Made by a program: the position numbers and the translations under genes | Shown: piece after piece, positions 1-7,318 of the stretch | Position numbering within the stretch: position 1 is the first letter of the stretch | Layout of the letters: each line of letters begins with the position of its first letter | The notes under the pieces: model-generated | Told to the model about the DNA's origin: nothing | Database searches by the model: none | Seen by the model: only the letters and a program-made list of their open reading frames with translations | Assembly: GCA_046539845.1 (NCBI GenBank) | Contig: JBKHGE010000002.1 | Span: 62,001-126,000, forward strand | Reading direction: 5' to 3' | Length of the DNA: 64,000 bases | DNA from: Desulfonatronovibrionaceae bacterium | Lineage (GTDB): Bacteria > Desulfobacterota > Desulfovibrionia > Desulfovibrionales > Desulfonatronovibrionaceae

Positions 1-159
1 TCCTCCGGGCAGTGCCCATCCCACAGGCCGGTTTCTGCGCCGGACAAGCAGGACGCGGTCCGGAGGGGTGAATATGATTATATCCACGGTCGGGACCGGG
101 TTGCGGTAATATGAGACGGGCTGTCCGCAGTGCGGACAGGCTTTGTATTCAGCGGACAT
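1..159 (-). CDS. NUDIX hydrolase, N-terminal part (runs off window edge)
   Basis: Not in the ORF track. Manual translation from ATG at 159: MSAEYKACPHCGQPVSYYRNPVPTVDIIIFTPPDRVLLVRRRNRPVGWALPGG. CxxC-YRNP followed by W-LPGG is the start of a Nudix box. Confidence 0.85.
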   Translation of the reverse strand, partial: MSAEYKACPHCGQPVSYYRNPVPTVDIIIFTPPDRVLLVRRRNRPVGWALPGG

Positions 160-280
160 GATTTCGGCCTGCAGTTTGTTTGTGCTTTTTTGGTCCCGGT
201 CCGGTTCATGCCGGGAGTAAAACGCGTATGGCTTTGCCGGGATCAGGAAAATCCAAACTATTTCAATTCTAAGGAAAATA

Positions 281-1195
281 ATGTCCATTGACAAGCTTTT
301 GCTGGTGCACAAGGGGGCGCTGGGGGATTTTTTCCTGGCCTGGCCCGCTTTTCTGGCTGTAGCCCAAGGATTTACCAACACCGCGCTTCTGTGGCACGGC
401 AGATCAGAATTTCTGCCCTGGCTGGCCCCGCTCGGATTTAAAGGCTGCCCCCCGCAAATCAGAACCGCTCTGGACCGGATGTATTCTGCGGAAAAAATCC
501 CTGAAGGGCTTGAAAACTGCCGCATACTCTGGTTTGGGGTGGACAAAAAAACGGTCGAAGTCCGCGATCAGCGGTTGAGTTTTGTCCGGGCGGTGCGCGG
601 CGGCAGGGAGCATGTCCGGGAGGCCTACCAAAAGCAGCTGGCAGATTTGGGCCTGGGATGGCCCGAGCAATGGGAACGAATGTGGAAAGGCTGTTTCGGC
701 CGGTCCGGATCAGGGTGTGGACGGGTGGTCTTGTTCCCGGGATCGGGGCATCCGGCCAAGAACTGGCCCCGGGTCAAATTTTTTGAACTGGCTGCAGGCC
801 TGGAGGAAATAGGCCTCAAGCCGGTGTTTGTCCTCGGTCCGGCAGAGAGGGGTTTTGTTCCTTGCCGGTTTGAGGTCCTAACACCCCGCGATGTCCAGGA
901 GCTCTCCCGGGTCGTCCTTGCTGCGGACGCAGCGGTTGGGAACGACTGCGGGCCCATGCACCTGGCCGGGAACTTCCGCGTCCCGGGAGTGGAGATCTTC
1001 GGACCCACGGATGCCCGGCAGTGGGCGGCTAGGGGGATGATCCCGATTGCAAGCCCTGTTCAATGCGCGCCGTGCTCGCAGACAGCCAGAATCGAGTGCA
1101 AAGATCCGGTGTGTATGCAAAAGATCCGGGTCTCAGCCGTGTTCGATGCCCTGAGGTCTATACACATAGCAAATCAGGGTTCTTCCGGGAAATGA
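281..1195 (+). CDS. Glycosyltransferase family 9 (ADP-heptose:LPS heptosyltransferase-like)
   Basis: GALGD N-terminal motif, FPGSG..KNWP, GNDCGPMHLA, IFGPT; AAGGA RBS upstream. Confidence 0.88.
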   Translation: MSIDKLLLVHKGALGDFFLAWPAFLAVAQGFTNTALLWHGRSEFLPWLAPLGFKGCPPQIRTALDRMYSAEKIPEGLENCRILWFGVDKKTVEVRDQRLSFVRAVRGGREHVREAYQKQLADLGLGWPEQWERMWKGCFGRSGSGCGRVVLFPGSGHPAKNWPRVKFFELAAGLEEIGLKPVFVLGPAERGFVPCRFEVLTPRDVQELSRVVLAADAAVGNDCGPMHLAGNFRVPGVEIFGPTDARQWAARGMIPIASPVQCAPCSQTARIECKDPVCMQKIRVSAVFDALRSIHIANQGSSGK

Positions 1196-1246
1196 GCGGA
1201 TTTTTTCGATAACACCTCGAAATATAATGCATGAATTTGCCGGACC

Positions 1247-1286
1247 AAAAAAAACCGGCTCTACTGGAGGAGGTAGAGCCGGTTTT
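1247..1286 (-). terminator. Rho-independent terminator hairpin (14-bp stem; U8 tail on minus strand; possibly bidirectional)
   Basis: AAAACCGGCTCTAC(1251-1264)-TGGAGGAG-GTAGAGCCGGTTTT(1273-1286), with A8 at 1247-1254. Confidence 0.8.
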
Positions 1287-1322
1287 GCCAAAAGGAGGAA
1301 AAGTGATTTGATTTACGATTTA
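1247..1322 (-). ncRNA. Candidate sigma-54-dependent small regulatory RNA (~75 nt) with two CCUCC motifs
   Basis: Bounded by a -24/-12 promoter (1333-1348) and the terminator. No ATG-initiated ORF in between. Contains CUUUUCCUCCUUU and a CCUCCUCC hairpin loop. Confidence 0.6.
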
Positions 1323-1332
1323 GTTAATCTAC

Positions 1333-1348
1333 TGCAAATCCCGGGCCA
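1333..1348 (-). promoter_or_regulatory. Sigma-54 (-24/-12) promoter
   Basis: Minus strand reads TGGCCCGGGATTTGCA: exact GG-N10-GC spacing, close to the TGGCAC-N5-TTGCW consensus. Confidence 0.7.
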
Positions 1349-1376
1349 GGATCTATATTTTGGTTTAGTACATTAA

Positions 1377-1389
1377 AATCAGGACGTTA
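1377..1389 (+). promoter_or_regulatory. Putative IHF binding site
   Basis: AATCAGGACGTTA matches WATCAR-N4-TTR, has AT-rich DNA 5' of it, and lies between the promoter and the palindromic sites. Confidence 0.5.
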
Positions 1390-1410
1390 TCCGTGCAGAC
1401 AGCCGAAAGC

Positions 1411-1484
1411 GGGGTTTAAAAATTTATACCGTTTTTCCTTTTGTCCGACCCGGCCGGTAAAAGGAGTTCAATAATTTAAACCCC
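1411..1484. promoter_or_regulatory. Two imperfect palindromes, putative enhancer (bEBP) sites
   Basis: GGGGTTTAAA-AA-TTTATACCGT (1411-1432) and GGAGTTCAAT-AA-TTTAAACCCC (1463-1484), about 100 and 150 bp upstream of the predicted sRNA start. Confidence 0.55.
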
Positions 1485-1524
1485 AAGGGTTTCAGTGACT
1501 GTCTGGGGGCGGGCCTTGATCCGG

Positions 1525-3075
1525 TTACTTTTTCCTCCACAGTCTTTCAGACAGGCCATCGGCTGTGATGCGGGCCGGGGCTATGCCTATTTTCAGGGCC
1601 AAAAACATGAACCCGGCCCCTAAAATAGGGACCAGAGCCAGACACATCCAGGGGTGAAGAGTCCGGGCGGCCCCCCAGGCCAGGACCAGGAGCCCCAGAG
1701 ACAGGGCGGCTGTTTGTGTTACCGGCCCGGAGAGATCCCCCCAGCTGCCGATTCTGCGGCGCAGAAATATCCCTAATAGGAGCACGTTGATCCACGAGGC
1801 CAGGCTTGCGGCCAAGGCCAGACCAAGGTGGTTCAGGTGCTGCATGAGCAGGTATCCGGCGCAGATATTGAAAAGCATGCATAAAATGGACACAAACACC
1901 GGAGTCCGGGTATCCTCCAGTGCATAGAACGCCGAAATCAGGGAGCGCACCGCGGAGAAGGCAGGCAGGCCGGAGGCATAGCCCAGAAGGGCCAGGTTGG
2001 TGGCGGTCACTGCAAGCTGGTCAAAACGGCCGCGGCCAAACAAAATCTGAATGAGCGGTTCGCCCATGCCTATCAGGCCGGCTGCAGCCGGAATACTGAT
2101 AAACAGGGTCAGGCCGATGGTGGTGTTTAAGGTATGTTTGAAGTCCCGCAGATCTTGTTTTGCGGCCAGAGAGGACAGCGAGGGCAAAGCGGCAGTGCTT
2201 ACCGCCACCCCGAAGACCCCGAGCGGGAACTGAACCAGTCGATCCGCGTAATACAGATAGGAGACCGAGCCGAACGGGAGCAGGGAGGCGAGCATGGTCC
2301 CGATCAGAATGTTCAGCTGGTAGGCGGCCGCGCCTAATACCGTGGGCAGCATGAGTCTTCCGATCTGCTTGACCCCGGGATGGTTCATCTCCACTTTCCC
2401 TGTCCATTGAAATCCCTTTTGCCGCAAAAACGGCTGCTGCAGCAGCCATTGTCCCAGACCGGCTATGAGTACCGCCCAGGCCAGGGTATACGGGATGCTG
2501 ATTTGAGCCAGCCAGGCCAAGCCAGCAGCGGCGATAAGCACGATATTCAGGACACACGGCGCCAGGGCCGGGGCCAGAAAGTGTCCCCGGGAGTTGAGGA
2601 TCCCCATACACAGGGCCACGCTGGATATGAAAACGATATAGGGAAAGCAGATCCGGACCAGCTGGGAGGTCAATCGGAATATCTCCGGGTTGGATCGAAA
2701 CCCAGGGGCAACAAGCGCGGTAATCCCTCCGGAGAAGAAAACCGCGGCCAGGCTCAGGGTGCACAGGATTACAAGCAGCCAGACCTGGACCGAGCGGGCC
2801 ACAACATCCGCGCTTTCCTCTCCTTGCGTCTTGCGGTACCGGGTATAGACCGGGACAATGGCCATGGTCAGCGAACCCTCGGCAAACAGGCGGCGCAGGA
2901 CATTGGGGAGCCTGAAGGCGACAAAAAAGGCGTCCGCCAGAGGTCCGGCCCCGAGCACTGCGGCCAGAATCAAGTCGCGGACAAAGCCGAGCACACGGCT
3001 CAAAAAAGTGGCTACGGAGATGACGCCCGCGTTTCGGGCCAGCTTTCTGGTGCGTGTGGATGTGGCGGAAGTCAT
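1525..3075 (-). CDS. murJ: Lipid II flippase MurJ (MviN)
   Basis: SRVLGFVRD, ADAFFVAFRLPNVLRRLFAEG, YLYYADRLVQFPLG motifs; polytopic membrane protein. Confidence 0.96.
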   Translation of the reverse strand: MTSATSTRTRKLARNAGVISVATFLSRVLGFVRDLILAAVLGAGPLADAFFVAFRLPNVLRRLFAEGSLTMAIVPVYTRYRKTQGEESADVVARSVQVWLLVILCTLSLAAVFFSGGITALVAPGFRSNPEIFRLTSQLVRICFPYIVFISSVALCMGILNSRGHFLAPALAPCVLNIVLIAAAGLAWLAQISIPYTLAWAVLIAGLGQWLLQQPFLRQKGFQWTGKVEMNHPGVKQIGRLMLPTVLGAAAYQLNILIGTMLASLLPFGSVSYLYYADRLVQFPLGVFGVAVSTAALPSLSSLAAKQDLRDFKHTLNTTIGLTLFISIPAAAGLIGMGEPLIQILFGRGRFDQLAVTATNLALLGYASGLPAFSAVRSLISAFYALEDTRTPVFVSILCMLFNICAGYLLMQHLNHLGLALAASLASWINVLLLGIFLRRRIGSWGDLSGPVTQTAALSLGLLVLAWGAARTLHPWMCLALVPILGAGFMFLALKIGIAPARITADGLSERLWRKK

Positions 3076-3538
3076 GGTCTGTCCGTATTCGATTTTCCTA
3101 GGCCTAGTCCCGGGGTAAATTTAAATATGCTACCCGCAGGCCCCTGAGGAGGCAAGAGTTGTTTTGGCTGCTAAAATCGGGGTAAAATGCTTTTAATTCT
3201 TCGAGGCAGTGTATGGTTTTTTATCTTTCACCTTCCTGACCCTTTTTGATGTCTGGCTTGCGGCCCGGTATTCTCTATGCCCGCCAAAAAGGAATACTTG
3301 CTTTTTGGGCCTGTAAATTAAAATTTGCATACCGGGTCTGCGGTTAAAGATCACCTAAAGGATCAGAAAAAATCCAGGTCAACCTCGGGCAACCGGAAAA
3401 TATGGACAACGGTTGAGTTCAGAGGCAAAAAGATTTAATGAACCGGCTAAAGGCGGGGCTTTCATGTGGCCTCGGAGGCGATCCGCTTTGGCGGGTCCCC
3501 AGGTGTGCAGACCATTCAAATCCAGGGTTGGGAGCATT

Positions 3539-4465
3539 ATGAAAATCCGTATTGTTCTGTTTTTGATACTAGCCGCTTTGTTTTGGGCCGAGAGCGAAAC
3601 TATGGCCCAGGCTGCCGAGGAACCCGCCCTTGAGGACGGGAATAGTTCCCGGATCATGGATCTGGAAAACGAATTGTACCTGCTCCAAGAGAAAATTGAT
3701 TCAGAGAGCGAAAAAAGACAAAATTTGCTCGAGGACATAAAAGACCAGGCCGAGGAACTCAGGCGGCAAGAAGAAGTCCAGTCCGAGGTGCAGGAGGCTG
3801 TGGACCGGCTGGACCGGGAACTATTGGAGACTGATGAGGTGGTCTACAGCATTCGAAACAACTACTCCCAGGTCATTGAAGATATGGACAAACTGCGCTC
3901 CAGGCTCGAGGGGCAAAAGCAGGAGTTTGCAGGCGAGTTTGAGGACCTGGAAGAACAGGTGGACAGTTCTCTTGCCGATTTGCAAGAATTCAAAGAGGAT
4001 ATCCAGGTGCAGATGAACGCGGTCAACGATGCCCTGGGTTCCGGGATGTCCGGTATGGAGAAAAAACTGGTGCAGATATCGGATGAGATGGAGGAAAGAG
4101 AAGAGAGATTCAAGGGGCTAAAGGCCGATCAAAATGAGCTGCAAGGGGCGGTGCAGGAGATGCAAAAAAAAATCGGCAGGGTGCAGGAGGATCTGCAGGA
4201 ATTTCGTCGTAGGAGCACCGGCAGGCAGGACAAGATGGTCCTTTTGCTCCAAAAGAGGGTCCTTATCTGGGGAGGGGTTGTGTGCGGGGTGCTGCTTGTT
4301 ATTCTCCTCGCCCTGGCGGTACGCACCCTGCGCCTCGAGAAAAAGCTGCGTGACTTTTCCGACGGCAGGGACATGGACTCTTCTGCCCGGGAAAAAGACG
4401 GCACCGAGGATGACGATCAGGCCTTGGGCTGGCTGGAAAAGCAAAGAGGCCCCGGAGAGGAGTAA
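3539..4465 (+). CDS. Exported coiled-coil protein with C-terminal membrane anchor, function unknown
   Basis: ATG at 3539 after GGGAG. Signal-peptide-like MKIRIVLFLILAALFWA, long acidic heptad-rich region, TM segment VLIWGGVVCGVLLVILLALAV. Confidence 0.75.
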   Translation: MKIRIVLFLILAALFWAESETMAQAAEEPALEDGNSSRIMDLENELYLLQEKIDSESEKRQNLLEDIKDQAEELRRQEEVQSEVQEAVDRLDRELLETDEVVYSIRNNYSQVIEDMDKLRSRLEGQKQEFAGEFEDLEEQVDSSLADLQEFKEDIQVQMNAVNDALGSGMSGMEKKLVQISDEMEEREERFKGLKADQNELQGAVQEMQKKIGRVQEDLQEFRRRSTGRQDKMVLLLQKRVLIWGGVVCGVLLVILLALAVRTLRLEKKLRDFSDGRDMDSSAREKDGTEDDDQALGWLEKQRGPGEE

Positions 4466-4475
4466 ATCCGGCCGG

Positions 4476-4946
4476 CTAGTTCCGCAGGGTGGCGATCAGC
4501 CGGGCAGGCCGCAAAAACAGGTTCAGGGCGTCCAGTATTCCGGGCACAGAAATATCCGCCCCGGACAGGGCCAGGGAATGACACCCTTCGCCGGATAGGA
4601 CTGCCACGCCTAAAGCGGCTTTCCGGAGCATGAGGGCGTCGTTTCTGCCGTTTCCCACGCACGCACAGATCCCGGCCCCCAGGTTTTTGACGTATTCCAG
4701 CTTGCCCTGGTCTTGGTGCCGGGCCGGAAGCAGGTGTAAATGGACTGTTTCCGGGGGGAATTTATCTCGCACTGTGCCGTGGGTGTCCGCGGTCAAAACG
4801 TGTACGCTCATCTCTTTTTTCACTTCGGACAAAAGCCCCATGACTCCGGGGATGATATCGCCGTCCAGGGCCAGAGTGCCGTTATAGTCCAAAACCAGGT
4901 GCTCCAGGTCCAGCCTTGGACCGCCCGGGATGTTTAGTTCGAGCAT
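4476..4946 (-). CDS. HAD-family hydrolase (soluble P-type ATPase-like)
   Basis: LDYNGTLA (DxNGT), LTADTHGT, VGNGRNDALML motifs. Confidence 0.88.
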   Translation of the reverse strand: MLELNIPGGPRLDLEHLVLDYNGTLALDGDIIPGVMGLLSEVKKEMSVHVLTADTHGTVRDKFPPETVHLHLLPARHQDQGKLEYVKNLGAGICACVGNGRNDALMLRKAALGVAVLSGEGCHSLALSGADISVPGILDALNLFLRPARLIATLRN

Positions 4947-5036
4947 TTTGATCCTTTTTATGGTCCTTTGACTTTAGAAGGGGATCGAGAATTAAAATCC
5001 ACAAGGAAGGTTCTTCCCACAGTCAGATAAACCGGG

Positions 5037-5231
5037 TCAGGCACGCATATCCACCACCCGGCCCCGGCCTTCCTCCGGGGCGCATGCCGTTTTCACCTCT
5101 CCCGGACAGTCGGGCGAGGAGATGGCCGGGCATTTCAAAATTGAGTTTTTGCCTGTTATGCGGTCTATCAGCTCCGCTGCCCGGGTACTTATCGAGCTCT
5201 TGCCGGTACGCGGCCGCAGGTCCGGATCCAT
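5037..5231 (-). CDS. Small Cys-containing hypothetical protein (64 aa)
   Basis: ATG 12 nt after the argD stop with AAAGG RBS; co-oriented; CPAISSPDCPGEVKTAC. Confidence 0.5.
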   Translation of the reverse strand: MDPDLRPRTGKSSISTRAAELIDRITGKNSILKCPAISSPDCPGEVKTACAPEEGRGRVVDMRA

Positions 5232-5243
5232 AAGCGTGTGCCT

Positions 5244-6470
5244 TTAATCTCCGCTTTCCGGTTTTTTTCTTTCCTCTTCCAGAATTTCCTCTAGGGCGGC
5301 TGCAAACCTGTCCAGCTCCCGGCCCGGGATGTTCAGTGGTGGGAGCAGTCTGAGCACGCACTCCTGAGTCAGATTGAGGACGAAGCCCTTTTCCAGGAGC
5401 CTCTGCCAAACCCCCTTTCCGGGGAAGGAGAGTTTTACACCCAGCATAAGCCCCATTCCCCTTATCTCCTCAATCATATCACCGGTTCTTTCCCGGGTCC
5501 GGTCCAAAAGGTCCCGACCGTATGCCCCGGTCTTTGCACTCCTTTGGACCAGGCCGTCCCGGTCCATGATCTCCAGGACCTTTAAAGCCGCCGCGCAGAC
5601 CAGCGGGGATCCGCCGAAAGTCGTGGCGTGGCTCCCCGGTCCGAAGGCCTCGGCCACTTCTTTTTTGAACATGACCGCCCCCATGGGCAGGCCCCCGGCC
5701 AAGGCCTTAGCCGAGGTTATAATATCCGGACGCAGGCCGAAGTGTTCATGGGCCCAGAATCTGCCGGTGCGGCCCATTCCGGTCTGGACTTCGTCCACGA
5801 TCAAGAGGAGGCCTCGTTCCCGGCACAGTTTCCGGATAAAATCCAGGTATTCCCTTTCCAGAGGGATCACCCCACCCTCGCCCTGGATTACCTCCAGCAT
5901 TATCGCTGCGGTATCTCTGGTCAGCACCCGGATCAGGTCCTCTTTGTCGTTGGGTTCGGCGTGGGCGAATCCGGGGAGAAGAGGGGCAAAGCCCTCCTTT
6001 ATCTTGTCCTGGCCGGTGGAGGACAGCGTGGCCATGGTCCGGCCGTGAAAGGAATTTTTCAGGGTGATTATCTTGTGTTTGTCCTCTTTTCGGATCAGGT
6101 TCATATATCTACGCGTGGCCTTGATCGCCCCTTCGTTGGCTTCGGCCCCGGAGTTGCAGAAAAAAACCCGATCCAGGCCGCAGGTGGCAAGCAGTTCCCG
6201 GGCCAGGTCCAGCTGTTCCTTTTGATAGAAGAGGTTACTGCTGTGCACTAGCTTTTGGGCCTGCGCGCAGATCGCCTCCGAGACCTCGGGATGGCAGTGT
6301 CCGAGATTGCATACGGATATCCCGGCCAAAAGGTCGGTGTACTCCCGGTCCTGGTAATCGGTGAGGGTGAATCCCTGGGCCGATTTTACCGCTATTGGAT
6401 AGCGGCCGTATGTGGAGCACAGATATTCTTGTTCCAGTTTTTGCAATGATTCAAGTGAGATGTTGTTCAT
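5244..6470 (-). CDS. argD: Acetylornithine aminotransferase
   Basis: FFCNSGAEANEGAIK, SFHGRT, IVDEVQTGMGRTG, TSAKALAGG (class III PLP lysine). Confidence 0.93.
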   Translation of the reverse strand: MNNISLESLQKLEQEYLCSTYGRYPIAVKSAQGFTLTDYQDREYTDLLAGISVCNLGHCHPEVSEAICAQAQKLVHSSNLFYQKEQLDLARELLATCGLDRVFFCNSGAEANEGAIKATRRYMNLIRKEDKHKIITLKNSFHGRTMATLSSTGQDKIKEGFAPLLPGFAHAEPNDKEDLIRVLTRDTAAIMLEVIQGEGGVIPLEREYLDFIRKLCRERGLLLIVDEVQTGMGRTGRFWAHEHFGLRPDIITSAKALAGGLPMGAVMFKKEVAEAFGPGSHATTFGGSPLVCAAALKVLEIMDRDGLVQRSAKTGAYGRDLLDRTRERTGDMIEEIRGMGLMLGVKLSFPGKGVWQRLLEKGFVLNLTQECVLRLLPPLNIPGRELDRFAAALEEILEEERKKPESGD

Positions 6471-6494
6471 TTCCTTGCCTGTGTTTACATAGTT

Positions 6495-6962
6495 TTATAT
6501 ATCCCCGGAATGGCCGAATCCGCCGTCACCCCGTTTGGTGTCCTCCAGCTGTTTTGCCGGGACAAAATCGGCCTGAAAAATGGGCATGAATACGAGCTGA
6601 GCTATGCGCTGGCCTTGGAGAATAGTTTTTTCCTCCTTGGAGGTGTTCAAAAGAGAGACCACTATCTCCCCCCGGTAGTCCGGATCAATAACTCCCACTC
6701 CTTGACTGACCACTAGCCCCTCCCTGGTCCCCAGTCCACTGCGGGAGAACACGAAGCCGGCCACTCCGGGAGAGTCGATCTGTATGCAGATCCCGCTGGG
6801 AAAGGCGAAGCGACCGCCGGGGGGGAGGATCACTTCCGGTTTTTCCACCGCGGCCCTGAGATCCACTCCCGCGGAATGGTCCGTGGCATAGGAGGACTCC
6901 AGTCTGCCGCTCTTGGAGCGCAGATATTTTATCCGTACCTTGATTCTGGGTATAAACATCAT
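6495..6962 (-). CDS. dut: dUTP diphosphatase
   Basis: SAGVDLRA, SRSGLG, GVIDPDYRGEI, RIAQLV, RGDGGFGHSG; start moved to the ATG after AAGGA. Confidence 0.96.
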   Translation of the reverse strand: MMFIPRIKVRIKYLRSKSGRLESSYATDHSAGVDLRAAVEKPEVILPPGGRFAFPSGICIQIDSPGVAGFVFSRSGLGTREGLVVSQGVGVIDPDYRGEIVVSLLNTSKEEKTILQGQRIAQLVFMPIFQADFVPAKQLEDTKRGDGGFGHSGDI

Positions 6963-7318
6963 GTGCTTTTCCTTTTTCCGCCTTCGGGCGTATATGCGGA
7001 CCGTAAACAAATCTAAGTTTCTGCGGGTCAAAAATCTTTATCTTTAACACAGCTGAACTCTTCGGGGTCTTTGCCGGCTTCAATACGTCATTATGCCCCA
7101 AACAGGGCCTGTTTTCAAGGACAGGAGCTGACGGGTCGCGACCTTTAAAAGACAACACCCTGTCATCCTGGGCACCCCGCTTTTGCCATTGCCTAACACC
7201 CCGTTTTACAGGTATGCATATTAACAGGAACAACGCCTGCGGCCTCCGGTTCCCGGACCGGGTCCGCAGCCGGAGAAAGTGGCAATTTTGCCCAAGCTCC
7301 TGTTTTGGAGGTATGTAT

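Noticed and set aside
1265..1300. Plus-strand GGAGGA motifs as a CsrA/RsmA sponge or as an RBS
   Set aside because: The promoter and the long U-tail both point to the minus strand; only a few GGA motifs are present and no credible plus-strand ORF follows. Not fully excluded.
3300..3530. c-di-GMP or other riboswitch in the long leaders here and at 16400-16990, 18390-18660 and 37920-38400
   Set aside because: No recognisable aptamer core (e.g. GGCAAA...GAAA...GACGCAAAG) was found on either strand by eye.
7169..7190. GGCACCCCGCTTTTGC as a sigma-54 promoter for glgP
   Set aside because: Spacing is GG-N12-GC, not the required N10.
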